Below, piece after piece: positions 35,388 to 48,654 of a DNA stretch of 64,000 nt. The notes under the pieces are model-generated. The model did no database searches. It was given only the letters and a program-made list of their open reading frames with translations, and was not told where the DNA came from. The stretch covers positions 35,960,001-36,024,000 of the forward strand of contig NC_135901.1 of assembly GCF_964194155.1 (NCBI RefSeq), given 5' to 3'. The position numbers were made by a program, and so were the translations under genes. Numbering within the stretch: the first letter of the stretch is position 1; the number at the start of each line of letters is the position of its first letter. This stretch comes from Cetorhinus maximus. Lineage: Eukaryota.

Positions 35388-36482
35388 GTTGGTGCGGGAG
35401 GGAGGGCTTTAGATTCCCAGATCAATGGGCCTATTTCTGGGAAAGGTGGGACTTGGACAGGTCTGACCGGTTACACCTGAACTGGAACGGGACCAACATC
35501 CTTGCACGAGGATTGCTCATGCTGTGGGTGGTAGTTTGAGCTAATTTGGCAGTGGGATGGGTTACGGAGTGGAGGTATAGTAGGGGTGATGCACAGACAA
35601 GTATAGAAGAAAAAGCAAGTCAGCCTGGAAGGCAGATCGGATGTAGTCAAGTTAAGGCACAAGGGAGAATGGCAAGCCTGGATGGCACCTATTATAATGC
35701 AAGGAGCCTTGCGAGTAAGGCAGATGAGTTGAGGGTGTTGATTAACACATGGGGATATAATATAATTGCTATCACGGAGACATGGTTGAGGGAGGCGCAG
35801 GACCGGCAGCTCAATATTCCAGGATATGGAATCTTCGGGTGAGATGGGGGAGGGGGTGTAAAAGAGGAGGTGGGGTCACAATATTGATCAAGGTGCCAAT
35901 TACTGCAATAAGGAGGGATGATATCTGAGAAGGTTCTTCAAATGAGGCCATATAGGGAGAGCTTAAGAACAAAAAAGGGGAAATCACATTGTTGGGAGTA
36001 TACTGTAGACCCCCAAACAGTCAGCGAGAGGTAGAAGAGCATATATGTAGGCAAATCTCACAAATGTGTAAAAATAACAGGATAATAATGGTTGGGGATT
36101 TCAACTTGCCCAATATTAACTGGGATAGACTAAGTGTGAAAGGCTCAGAGGGGGCTGAATTCTTAAAATGTATCCAGGAGAGCTTTTTAAGCTAGCATGT
36201 AGGAAGTCCTACAAGAGGGGCAATGGCGCGAAGCCGGGCAAGTGGTAGAAGTTTCTGTGGGGGAGCATTTCGGTGATAGTGACCATATCCCAGGAAGATT
36301 TAAGTTAGTTATGGAAAAAGCCAAAGATGGTCATGAAATAAAAGTTGTGAATTGGGCGAAGGCTGATTTTAATATGATAAGGCAAGATCTGGACAAAGTG
36401 GACTGGGAGCAGCTACTTGTAGGAAAATCTACATCAGAGCGGTGGGAGTCATTCAAAAAGGAAATAGTGAGAGTGCAGGGCC
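35388..36482 (+). mobile_element. CR1 LINE 5' fragment (ORF1 esterase end plus AP endonuclease)
   Basis: WCGREGFRF..DRLHLNWNGTNILA; YNARSL..IIAITETWL; GVYCRPPNS..VGDFNLPNINW; GDSDH. Confidence 0.88.
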
Positions 36483-36489
36483 GAAAATA

Positions 36490-36830
36490 AACCAAATTTC
36501 AAAGGAAACAACAGTTTATACTGCATGAGAAAAGGGTGCTGATTGGTTGGCCAGTCAGTTCTGATTGGTCATTGCCAAGGAGAATGTACCAGGGAGCTAT
36601 CATCATGTGCTTTTGTTTAATTCAACTGAAGGTGCCATGCCTGGACTTGTTCCTTCTGCCTGCAGAGGACAGCTCCCTGTGTATAAATATATGTAGCTTC
36701 TAGCAAGTGTAAGTGAGACACATTACAAGCCTGACTGATAATCTTTGAAATTTGATGTTCTTGCATCTGTCCTGATGAGTACAAGATGAAAAGTTTGGTA
36801 GAATGTCTCTTTTTTTAACAATACTCAAGT
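36490..36830. mobile_element. Non-autonomous Penelope-like element (second type) with hammerhead-like motif
   Basis: CTGATGA GT ACAAG AT GAAA AGTTT at 36772-36796; paralog has inverted termini at ~50618-50702 and ~52748-52830. Confidence 0.5.
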
Positions 36831-37515
36831 GTCTTAAAGGGGGAAGTCTGGTAGACAGAGGGAGAGGTGTAGGGAGAGAATCTCAGAGCTTGGGTATGAG
36901 GGAACTGAAGGCATGGTCACTAATGGTGGAGTGATTAAAATAGGGAATGTACAAGGTCAGAATTACAGCAGTGTAAATATCTCAGATGGTCGTGGGGCTG
37001 GAGGAGATTACAGAGATAAGGAGGGGCGAGGCCATGGAGGGATTTGAAAACAAGGTTGAGAATTTTAAAATCAAGTTGCTGCTTGACCGGGAGCCAGGGC
37101 AGGTCAGGAAGCAGAGGGGTGTTAGGGGAATGAGCCTCGCTGTGAGTGAAGACATGGTTAGAAGACATTTGGATGGTGTCAAGTTTGTCGAGGGTAACGT
37201 GTGCGACCAGCCAGGAGTGTGTTGGAATAGTCGAGTCTGGAGGTAACAACGGCAACGATGAGGGTTTCAGCAGCAGATTCACTGAGACAGGGTGAGGTTG
37301 GGTGATGTTACAGAGGTGGAAACAGGTGATCAGAGTGATGACACAGATATGAGGTCAGAAACTCATCTCGAGATCAATTTTAACACCGAGGTTGTGAACA
37401 GACTGGTTTAATCTCAGACTGTTCCCAGGGAGAGGGATGGAGTTGGTATCTAGGGAATGGAGATTGGAGCAGGGACTGAAAACAGTGTCTTCAGTCTTCT
37501 CGGTGTTTAATTGGA
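36830..37515 (-). mobile_element. L2-type LINE 3' fragment
   Basis: TPLLPDLPWLPVKQQLDFKILNLVFKSLHGLAPPYLCNLL. Confidence 0.85.
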
Positions 37516-38347
37516 GTTAATTAGTCATCAGGAAGAGAAGCAGGAACCAGAATGGGCCATGAGACTGATCCCAGGTTTAACTTAGTTAGAGAGGGAGAGA
37601 AGGAAGGAAGGAAACCCTGGGAGGTTTGGAGAAACCACCTTCACAATCACTCATTAAATCACCACACAGTAAGTTTTGGCACAAGATTAATGTCTGCTAT
37701 TCTGTATGGTCGGTCGGGGGTTTCAGATTAATGATTTGTCACGAGTAATGACTAAAGTGAATGATCAGACATATTGTCATCTCCAGTTGTTGAAATCTGT
37801 TAAAAAGATACAGAAATAATTGTCCAAAACTCTGTTTGGATTTCAGCACAGGGAGGAGGGAGAGTGTGTGGGATGGGGATTTGCAGCTTTGGGGGAACAA
37901 GCGATGCAGAAATGTTCCACAGGAACTAGAATTGTCTGTTCTGAATTTCTATCCCGTTCTTACAGTGATGACTTTTGTAAACTCCTCTTACAGAGAATTA
38001 GAAGGGGAGGCCTTGTAGACGGGGAACTCAAACCAAACATCACATCAAGATCTGACAGAGTCACTCGATTCATCAGGACCTGAATATCATGGAACTTTGA
38101 CTGTGGAAGGAGAAATGTTTGTCTGTTCTGTCTGTGGGAAAAGATTTCAAACATCAGTGTGACTGGAAAAGCACCGAGACACAGACACGCCCGAGTGAGA
38201 GTGTTCCAGTGAACTGACTGTGGAAAGAGCTTTAACCAGTTACACAGCATCACACCATTCACAGTGGGGAGAAACTACACGTGTTCTCTGTGTGGACGAG
38301 GCTTCAACTTATCATCAAACCTGGAGAGACACAGGGACACCTGCACC

Positions 38348-39442
<1,095 letters not shown>

Positions 39443-39569
39443 CTGCAGGGATTGGATTCTGCTGTTAATCACATCCAGGATGAAAAGTCTGACAATATTA
39501 GGCTTGTTTCTGCTAATGTTTACAATCCCTGTAACTGGGCTGGAGTTTAATATTCTGGATCTATATCTG

Positions 39570-40620
39570 ATTGTGTTCTCGGGGCTGCAGTGTCCCTTTA
39601 AGAACCGCTGTCTCTGATCTTTCCCCATAATTCAGGAACTCTCATCAGAAATTAGTTTACAACAAGATTCTGAACTTTTACTTCAATCCTAAATTGATCT
39701 TTGGTACGAACTCTACAATTCAGTGTCTGAGAGGTTCCACTGATTAACATCTCCAATTAGAAAGTGCTGATTAATCCTTGCTGACAATTCTTACTGACTT
39801 GTACATTACTCACAGCGACACCTCCATTATCCACCAGTAAGAAGGGGAATGGGAATTGGTGGAGAATCGAGAGTTCCCAAATGTTACCCCTCCCGCCTGA
39901 TACAGAAATCCCCTCGGCACGGGAATGGAGACAAGTTCAATCCAAGTAACGGACTGTAAGTAATCACTGTCTAATAACCCTATAAAAAGGTTAAAATAGG
40001 CTCTCGGGAGCAAAGAAATTTTGAGGCGATCCGTATTGGCTTCAGCCCAACACCCACACTCCCCACACCAGTTAACCATTCAGAAGAGACTGCCACCAGC
40101 AGCTACGGAGACCAGCACTCACTCTGTGCCCTCCGGGACCAGTAATCCATTCTAACCTGTCATGGGTCGTGTGTTTCTCGTGTCTATTTAGGTTCTGCAT
40201 CATATTTAAACTGTCACTTCTCAATGAACTACTTTAAAATCACTTCTGCGCTCAACCCCCTTTTCAGGTAATCTGTGACTCCCGAACCTAAATCTTACAA
40301 GTGCTGTTAGGAGTGGGATCGGAGTGATCGAGACCATAGGCTTGAGAAGCAACACACTTACTTAAATGTGAATGGAGAAGTTCCTAAGTGAAGCCAGGAG
40401 TATACAATGGCATTGACACATTACAGGGAGCAACTAATAGATAGTCTGATAGAGAAAACAGGCCGGCCGGGGGTGAGAGATATCCCGGGGATTGGTGAAG
40501 AGTGTGACCGGGATTACGAGTATATCCTTGATAGGATTTCTAAAGAGGGTCAGAGAGGACAGATTAAGTTGAAAAAGGTCCAGAATGAGTTAGAAAATAC
40601 CCGCAGGTGAATAGAGAGCT
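39570..40620 (+). mobile_element. LTR retroelement remnant: 5' LTR, tRNA-Leu PBS, start of a possible gag ORF
   Basis: TATAAAA at 39981; LTR-like end TTACA at 40299; TGCTGTTAGGAGTGGGAT (40302-40319) vs tRNA-Leu PBS TGGTGTCAGGAGTGGGAT; ORF 40407..40610; 5' boundary uncertain. Confidence 0.55.
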
Positions 40621-41209
40621 AGAGAACCTTTAAAGTCAGTGCATGAACCTTTGTTGAACCAGATGTATTTACGACATGTTAATAATTTAGAATTGTGTGA
40701 GATGATCGGCAGGTGGGGAGGATGAATATAAGACAATAGTTATGACATTTTAGCAGAAAAGATTTGACATTTATTCTTGGTGGCTCCTCAATAGTTTGTG
40801 TTGCTGATGCTGATCATTCTAGTAGCTTTAGTATGTTATCTACAGTTTGTCATCAAGAAATTAGGAAAACAAACTCGTAGCTTAGAAATAGTGAGGTTCG
40901 TCAGAAATCAGTTGTGAGAAGTCAATAAGGATATTCCCTTCTCAAGCTGGGGAGATCTGTGAATTAAGAGGCAAGGTCCCAGACAGCGGTTCTTCAAGGT
41001 ACACTGCAGGTCCGACAGCTCAATCAGCTCCACTCTCAGCTCAGGAGAGCTCAACAACTCCGCATCCTGTCCACAGGGGAGTTCTCCTGGTGCAGTAGGA
41101 CCAACATTCGCTTTACCTAACACCACCAAAAAAAAACCAGATTAATCATTTATTTGTGTGATTGTTGTTTGTGGAATCTTACTTTGCGCATCTGGCCGTC
41201 ATAAAACAT

Positions 41210-43470
41210 AAGCAACTTGCCTTTATATAACATGTTTAATGTAATAAAACATCCCAAGGTGCTTCAGAGGAGGTTTGTAAAGAAATATTTGACACCCAGT
41301 CACAGAGGACGATATTCGGGTAAATGGACAAAACCTTGATTGGAGAGGCAGATTTTAACCAACATCTTTAATCAGGAGAGAGAGCTGGAGGGGTTGGAGA
41401 GGTTTAGGGAGGGAATTTCAGAGTTTCACACTGAGGCACAGCCACCAATGGTGCAGTAATTAAAATCAGGGATGTTCAAGAGGACAGAATGAGAGGAGCA
41501 CAGATACCTCAGAGGGTGAGTGACTGGAGGTTACAGAGATCGGGAGGGACGAGACCATGGAGGGATTTGTAAACAAGGATGTGAATTTTAAACTGGAGGC
41601 ATTGCTTGACCAGGAGCCAGTGTAGATCAGAGAGCACAGGGCTGATGGGTGAATGGGACCTGGTGTGATAAAGGTCATGGTCAGCAGAGTTTTGGATGAT
41701 CTCATGTTTCCGTGTGGGGGTGGGGTGAATGTGAGGGGCCGGCCAGGAACGTATTGGAATTGTCAAGTCTAAAGGTAACACGGACATGGATGAGGGTTTG
41801 AGCAGCAGATGAGCTGGGGGTGGGGTGGAGACAGGCGACGTTATGGAGATTGAAATATCTGGTGTTAGTGATGGTGTGGATATGTGGTCAGAAACTCATC
41901 TTGGAGCCAAATAAGACACCGAGATTGGGAACAGTGTGGTTCAGCCTCAGACAATTCCCAGAGAGAGGGATGGACTCGGTGGTTAGGGAACAGAATTTGT
42001 AGTGGTGACCGAAGACAATGGCTTTGGTTTTCCTGATTTTTAATTGGTGGAAATTTCTGCTCATCCAGTACTGGATGTGGGATAAGCAGTTTTGATCATT
42101 TAGTAACAGTGGAGGAATGGAGAGGGATGGTGGTGAGGTAGAGCTGGGTGTTGTCAGTGTACATGTGAAAACTAACATGGTGCTTTTGGATGATGTCACC
42201 GAGTGGCAGCATGTAGATGAGAAATAGGAGGGGCCAAGGTTAGATCCTTGGGGGACACCAAGTACAAGGACTTTGGAGAGGAAAGGGAGGTTGGAGATGT
42301 GTGAGGTGATGCATTTTGGGAGGACTAACAAGGCAAGAGAGTTCACGATGAATGGTAGGATCCTAGGAAGTACAGAGCATAAGAGCGACATTGGTGTGCA
42401 TGTCCATAGATACTTGAAGGCATCAGAACAGATAGATAAGGTGGTTAAGAAGGCAAATGGGATACATATGGGAGTCGAGGCATTGAATACAAGAGCAGGG
42501 AAATTATGATGGAGCTGTATAAAACATTAGTTAAGCCACATCTGGACTACTGTGTGCAGTTCTATAGGAAGGATGTGATTGCACTGGAGAGGGTGCAGAG
42601 GAGATTCACCAGGATGTTGCCTGGGCTGGAGAGTTTCAGCAATGAAGAGAGACTAGATAGGCTGGGGTTGTTTTCCTTGGAGCAGAGAAGGCTGAGCGGG
42701 GACCTGATTGAGGTATACAAAATTATGAATGGCATAGATATGGTACATAGGAAGAAATTTTTTCCCTTAGTGGAGGGGTCAATAATCAGGGGGCATAGAT
42801 TTGAGTAATTTTTTTTCACCCAGAGGGTGGTTAGAATCTGGAACACACTGCCTGCAGGGGAGGTAGAGGCAGCAACCCTCACAACATTTAAGAAGTATTT
42901 AGATGAACACTTGAAAAGCCACAGCTTACAGGGCTACAGGCCAAGTGCTGGAAAATGGGGTGAGAGTAGATAGGGGCTTAATGACTGGCGTAGACACAAT
43001 GGGTTCCATGCTGTAAAACTCTATGACTCTGGTGGTAGTTTGCAAAGATGGTGGGGGTCAAAGGTTGCTTTTTTAGGATGGGTAGTGACGGTGGGTTTAA
43101 AGCTGGAGAGGCAGTAATAAAAGAGAGAGAGAACGATTGACAATATCAGCTAACATGGAAAAGTTGGATTGTCTGCAGTTTAGTGAGCATAAGTGTTAGG
43201 GGAGCAGCAGGTGGTTCTCATGGACAAGATGAGCACTGAGAGGGCATCAGGGGAGATGGGAGAGAAAGTGGAGAAAGATGTGGGTTCAGGGCTTAGACAG
43301 GGGGGATCTTTAGAGACAGTTTGTCCCGGTGGGCTAGTGGAAGGGAGGGAAGCAGCAGAGGCAGCTGATCAGATTGTCTCAATCTTAGTGACAAAGAAGC
43401 TCCATGAGCTCCTCACACTTGTTGTTGGAGGTGAGGATGGAGGAGACAGGGGAGAAGGAGAGCCCTTCAA
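41210..43470 (-). mobile_element. L2-type LINE (paralog of 21900-23355) split by a CR1
   Basis: Same internal deletion joining SKVLVL to GVPQGS; CR1 inserted at 42298-43030. Confidence 0.85.
42298..43030 (+). mobile_element. CR1 LINE 3' fragment nested in L2
   Basis: CEVMHFGRTN, LYKTLVKPHLDYCVQF, LERVQRRFTRMLPG; ends ACTCTATGACTCT. Confidence 0.88.
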
Positions 43471-43661
43471 AAGGAACTAACCTGTGTTTGAGATAATAAA
43501 AATATTTGACAATGTATTTCACACAAAGCTGATGTATTTGACTTTTATTCAGAATGTTATACCCGATAACTGGGATGGCATTAATGAACATCAACAGAAT
43601 CAGACCCCAGTGAACATGGTTCAGTTCTGGATATGATCAACAGCAAAATCCAATCACTTGG

Positions 43662-44610
43662 TTACTTGTGAGTTCTCTGGTGTCTCAGTAGGTGGGATGA
43701 CTGAATGAATCCCCTCCCACACACGGAGCAGGTAAATGGCCTCTCCCCAGTGTGAATGCGCTGGTGTACAGTGAGTTGAGATGATTGCCTGAACCCAGTC
43801 CTACAGTGAGAGCACCTGAATGGTCTCTCGTCAGTGTGAACACGTTGATGAGGCATCAATTCCTGAGAACGTTTAAAGCACTTCCCACAGTCTGGGCATT
43901 GAAAAGGTCTCTCGTCAGTGTGAACTCGCTGGTGTATCTGCAGGGCGGTTGAATTACTGAATCGCATCCCACACTCAGAGCAGGTGAATGGCTTCTCCCT
44001 GGTGTGAACTCGCAGGTGTTTCTGCAGGATGGATAACTGAATCCCTTCCCACACTCAGAGCAGGTGAATGGTCTCTCCCCAGTGTGAACTCGCTGGTGTG
44101 TCAGAAGGTTGAAAGACCGAGTGAATGCCATTCCACACTTGGAGCAGATGAACGGTCTCTCCCCAGTGTGACAGCGCTGGTGTACAATGAGTGACATGAG
44201 GCCTTGAACCCGCTCCCACAGTGAGAGCACCTGAATGGTCTCTCATCAGTGTGAACATGTTGATGGGACATCAGTTCCTGAGAACTTTTAAAGCACTTCC
44301 CACATTCTGGGCATTTGAAAGGTCTCTCAACAGTGTGAACCCGCTGGTGTCTCAGCAGGGTGGATAAACCAGGAAGTCCTTTCCCACACTCAGAACAGGT
44401 GACTGACCTCTCCCCAGTGTGAACACGCTGGTGTGTCAATAGGTGGGACAACCGAGTGAATCCCTTCCCACACTCGGAGCAGGTGAACGGTCTCTCCCCA
44501 GTGTGACTGCGCCAATGAATTTCCAGCTGGGATGGGTAACTGAATCCCTTCCCACAGTCCCCACAATTCCACAGTTTCCTCCCAGTATGAACAATGCTTT
44601 TTCCTTCCAT
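43662..44610 (-). pseudogene. 11-finger C2H2 ZNF with two frameshifts (4 intact fingers before the first)
   Basis: [19 protein letters not shown]; 1-bp loss ~44190 and 4-bp loss ~44037; finger-by-finger paralog of the 20508 gene. Confidence 0.85.
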
Positions 44611-45689
44611 GTTCAAAGGCTGATGATCTTCAGGTCCCGATGAATCCAAAGACTCTTTCAAATCCTAATCTGTTGTTTTGTTTCAGCTTCCCAACTGCAA
44701 ATCCTCCCTTCTAATACTCTGTGAAATTGATTACAACAGAAAAAAGGGAGTGAGAGAGAGCCTACAAAAACACAAAGGCAGGTTGTGAAATTGAGCTGAA
44801 TGAATCTGGGAATTTGTGGGGCCGGCACTGGGAAAAAGTGACCATGAAAACTGCTGGATTGTCATAAAAACCCAACTGGTTCACTAATGTCCTTCAGGGA
44901 AGGGAACCTGCCACCCGGTCTGGACCTACACTAGACTTTGGCCCACAAGGGAGGAGAGGGAAAGAGAAAAAGAGCGAAAGAGAGAGGTGGGAGAAGCAGA
45001 GGGACTTTATGTATCTAGAGCTTGACCAGAACCCTGACAGAATCGCCCAAACACTCAACCTCCATCACTCAGCAGGACCAGGGTTGCAGGTGTATGTGAA
45101 CACGATCACCCCCAAGTTCCCCTCCGAGACACACGGCGATATAGTTCTAAGTCAGGATAGTGTGTGACTTGGAGGGGAACTTGCAGGTGGTGGTGTTCCC
45201 ATGCATCTGCTGCCCTTGACACTCTCAGTGTTAAAGGTCACAGGTTTGGATGCTGCTGCCGAACCAGCCTTGGTGTGTTGCTGCAGTGCATCTTGTAGAT
45301 GGTAAACACTCCTGACACTGTGGCTGGAGAAACTGAGGGTGCCAAGTAAGTTGAAGGGAGATTTGATCGAGGTGTGCAAGTAAATGGTAGGTTTAGATAA
45401 GGTGGATAAAGAAAAGCCATTCACAATAGCTGATAGTAAAAGGATTACAAGACACAGTTTTAAGATTTAGTGCAAGACCCACAGGGGGGATGTGAGGAAG
45501 TAATTTACACAGTGAGTGGTAATGACCTGGAACTTACACTCAGAGGCCGACAATGTCCTGGTCCTGAAGGATGGAGTGATTCAGTCAGGTTTTGATGTGA
45601 TGTTTGGTTGGAGTTTCCTGTCTGAGAATCCCGCTGTAATATCCTGCAGAAAGTGAACAAGAGGCATTACTGTCAGAGGGCGGCTCTTA

Positions 45690-46035
45690 CCCCGGCTCGG
45701 AGATCGGAAGAGGCCGCAGCTGCTGTCGGTTTGATGTAAACAGGGACCGGGAGTTTCTAATTCGGGTCTTGAGTCCTCCACCGGCTGTTTATGAAACCTC
45801 CCAGTCCGCACTGACTCCATTTCTCTCCTGCACTCGGCTGTCACTCACCCTTTCCCGCCTCCTTCCTCCTTCAGCTCCCGCACTCCCCGGGCTTCAGGTA
45901 CAATGACACTACGCCTGCGCGGAACCTCAGCCCTCTCGCCCCGCCCCTCATTCACTCCGATTGGCTGGAGGACCAGCCGACCCCGTTCGGACCTCCAGTC
46001 TTCCTATTGGTCAATCAGCCGGGCATTGTGACGGT
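45690..46035 (-). promoter_or_regulatory. CpG-rich ZNF promoter cassette P6 (YY1/NRF1 block deleted)
   Basis: Reverse complement of P1/P3: ATTGG at 45960 and 46006, GC box ~45938, donor ACTCAC ~45843. Confidence 0.62.
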
Positions 46036-46159
46036 TTCAGATGCTGAGAGCGGCCACAGACTCAGCCTGACTTGCTGATTCTTGGCAGCATTTTCTGTTT
46101 GGGAATTAGAGCTAGAGATGGATGGTCAGTTCCCCTCTGTCCGGGGGGGATTCACACTC

Positions 46160-46231
46160 ATTTCCCTAGTGCACTGATTATCACCTTTACTTTACATGAG
46201 AAAGTCCCCGGTTCAATCCCGGCTGGAAGCT
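46160..46231 (+). pseudogene. tRNA-Val(TAC)-derived pseudogene, copy 4
   Basis: ATTTCCCTAGTGCACTGATTATCACCTTTACTTTACATGAGAAAGTCCCCGGTTCAATCCCGGCTGGAAGCT. Confidence 0.8.
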
Positions 46232-47410
46232 TTGTGTTTACAATTGTTACTGAGGAGGAATTAACAGTGAGTTTAGTTTCATGTCGAACAGGGGAACAGT
46301 TATTGTCTCATTCTGTAAAAGCTCCTTCTTCACCTTTAAACAGGGAACGATAAGTCAGAGAAAACTGATCCACTGTGACCCTGAAACAAGATTCTGCAGA
46401 TGCTGCAAATCCGACCTCAAAACAGAAAATGTTGGAAACACTCAGCAGGTCAAACAGCTTCTGTGGAGAGGGAAACAGAGTGAATGTTTCAGGTCGGTGA
46501 CCTTTTATCCAAACTGGAAGGATTTAAAGATGGGGCCAGTGTGTCGGGAGACGGGACAAGTATACAGTACATGTTGCTGACCTTCAAAATTCACACGATT
46601 CCTGATGTTCATGAGTTGCCTCACTTTCTTTCCCATTAAATCCATTTGCTGATCTATCAGTAATGGACTTGCTGCCATCTCGAATAAAACTGTTTTCACC
46701 ACTAAGGGTCCGCTGGTATTTAATAGTCTTCATGATTCGTTGAATTTAAATTCCACCAGCTGTGATTCTGAATCTCAACCACAAAATGCTGATAGTACTC
46801 AGTGGTCATGCCGAGGCTGTGGAAAGTAAAACAGTTAATAGTTCAGGTCATTGAACTTCAAACAGAACTGGAAAATAAGTGAGTGATTCAACAGATTTTA
46901 GGAAAATACACAGACAGGAGAAAGGAGGGGAGGGGAGGAGAACAAAAGAGAAGGTTTCTGATTGGATGAATTCGGGAGAGCTGAAATAACAAAAGGGATG
47001 AGGATACAGGACAAAAACTATGGTAATGGAACGAGTAAATAAACTAAAGGTGGGAGAGTCATTTTGTACCTGTTGTCTATTCTGCTCTGATTTGAGATGT
47101 GTTGCTTTGCTGTTGACCCATATGACTTCTATCCCACACTGAAAACTCTTAATCCCTCTCCGCCAGAGATTTTATTGAGCAAACACATGCAAGCATACAA
47201 GAAAAGTCTCATCATTTTTAAACACTGAAATACCAAAACATAGAAATATTTACTACCTAGAAGGTGGCCATTCGATCCATCATGTCCATGTCGGCAGAAA
47301 AAGAACAAGCTGAAGAAGGGTCATTCAGACTCGAAACATAAGCAGAAACAGACCACCATGAACATGGTTCAGTCCTGGATGTGATTAACAGCAAAATCTA
47401 TTCCCTGTCC

Positions 47411-47860
47411 TTACTCGTGAGTTCGCTGGTGTTTCAGGGGGCTCGATGACTGAGTGAGTCGCTTCCCACATTCAGATCAAGGGAATGCTCTCTCTCCACT
47501 GTGAATGCGCTGGTGCACAGTGAGGTTAGATGATTGTCTGAACCCAGTCCCGCATTGAGAGCACCTGAACGGTCTCTTGTCAGTGTGAACTCACTGGTGT
47601 GTCATCAGGGTGGATATTTGAGTGAATTCCTTCCCAGACTCGGAACAGGAGAATGGCCTCTCCCCAGCGTGAGTGCGCCAATGAGTTTCCAGCCTAGAAA
47701 GGTAACTAAATCCCTTCCTACCATCCCCACATTACTACAGTTTCTCCCCGGTGTGATGGCGCATGTGTTTAAACAGGTCAGATGATCGGATGAAGCCTCA
47801 TCCACACACAGAACATGTGTACGGTTTCTCCCCACGGTGAACGGTGCTTTTTCCTTCCAT
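47411..47860 (-). pseudogene. 5-finger C2H2 ZNF pseudogene with multiple stops
   Basis: [44 protein letters not shown]. Confidence 0.85.
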
Positions 47861-48302
47861 GTTCAAAATATGATGATCCTGGTGTGGTGTTTGGTTTCAG
47901 TTTCTCGACTGTAAATCCTCTCTTTCTAATACCCTGTGAAATTGATTTAAAACAGAAAAAAGGGAGTGAGAGAGAACCCACAAAAACACAAAGGGAGCTT
48001 GTGAAATTGAGCTGAATGAATCAGTAATTTGTGGAGCCGGCACAGGGGAAAAGTGACCATTAAAGCTGCTGGATTGTCATAAAAACACTGGTTTATTAAT
48101 GTCCTTCGGGGAAGGGAACCTGCCACCCAGTCTGGGCCTTCACATGACTCTGGTCTCTGTGGGAGGAGAGAAAGATGGGGCATGGGAAATGGACGATGCA
48201 CATCTATAACTCAACCAGAATGTTGACAGAATCATCCCAACTCAAAGCCCACTCCAGCCAGAATACAAGGGCAGCGGGTGTGCGGGAAAACCATCATCTT
48301 CA

Positions 48303-48550
48303 GGACACACACCAGCGAGTTCACACTGGGGAGAGGCCATTCACCTGCTCCGTGTGTGAGAAGGAATTTAACTGATCATCCAACTGCTGAGAAACCAGCG
48401 AGTTCACAAGTGACAGCAGGGTTTCGATTCTGCTGTTATTGCTGCTCTTAATCACATCCAGGACTGAACCATGTTTAACCTGACAGTTGGGGTTTGTTTC
48501 TGCTGATGTTAATAATCCCTGGAACTGGAGTAGAGTTATATATTCTGGCA
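48303..48550 (+). pseudogene. Orphan terminal zinc finger plus ZNF 3' UTR module
   Basis: [22 protein letters not shown], broken helix, GTTCACAAGTGA, then the shared TAATCACATCCAGGACTGAACCATG. Confidence 0.7.
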
Positions 48551-48654
48551 ATTAGATTACTTTACTTTTTAACATTTACTCTTCAAATTAAGTACCTTTC
48601 TTCAGCCTGTTCTCAAGGTTTTGAAAGATGGAACTTCTTAAAAAGATTTACTTG

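Noticed and set aside
38155-38165. Selenocysteine or programmed read-through at the shared TGA
   Set aside because: The downstream frame has further stops and shifts, the position is not a Cys site, and CGA-to-TGA explains it
46160-46231. Functional tRNA-Val(TAC)
   Set aside because: Acceptor, anticodon and T stems contain mismatches and the D-loop GG is lost; all four copies are relics
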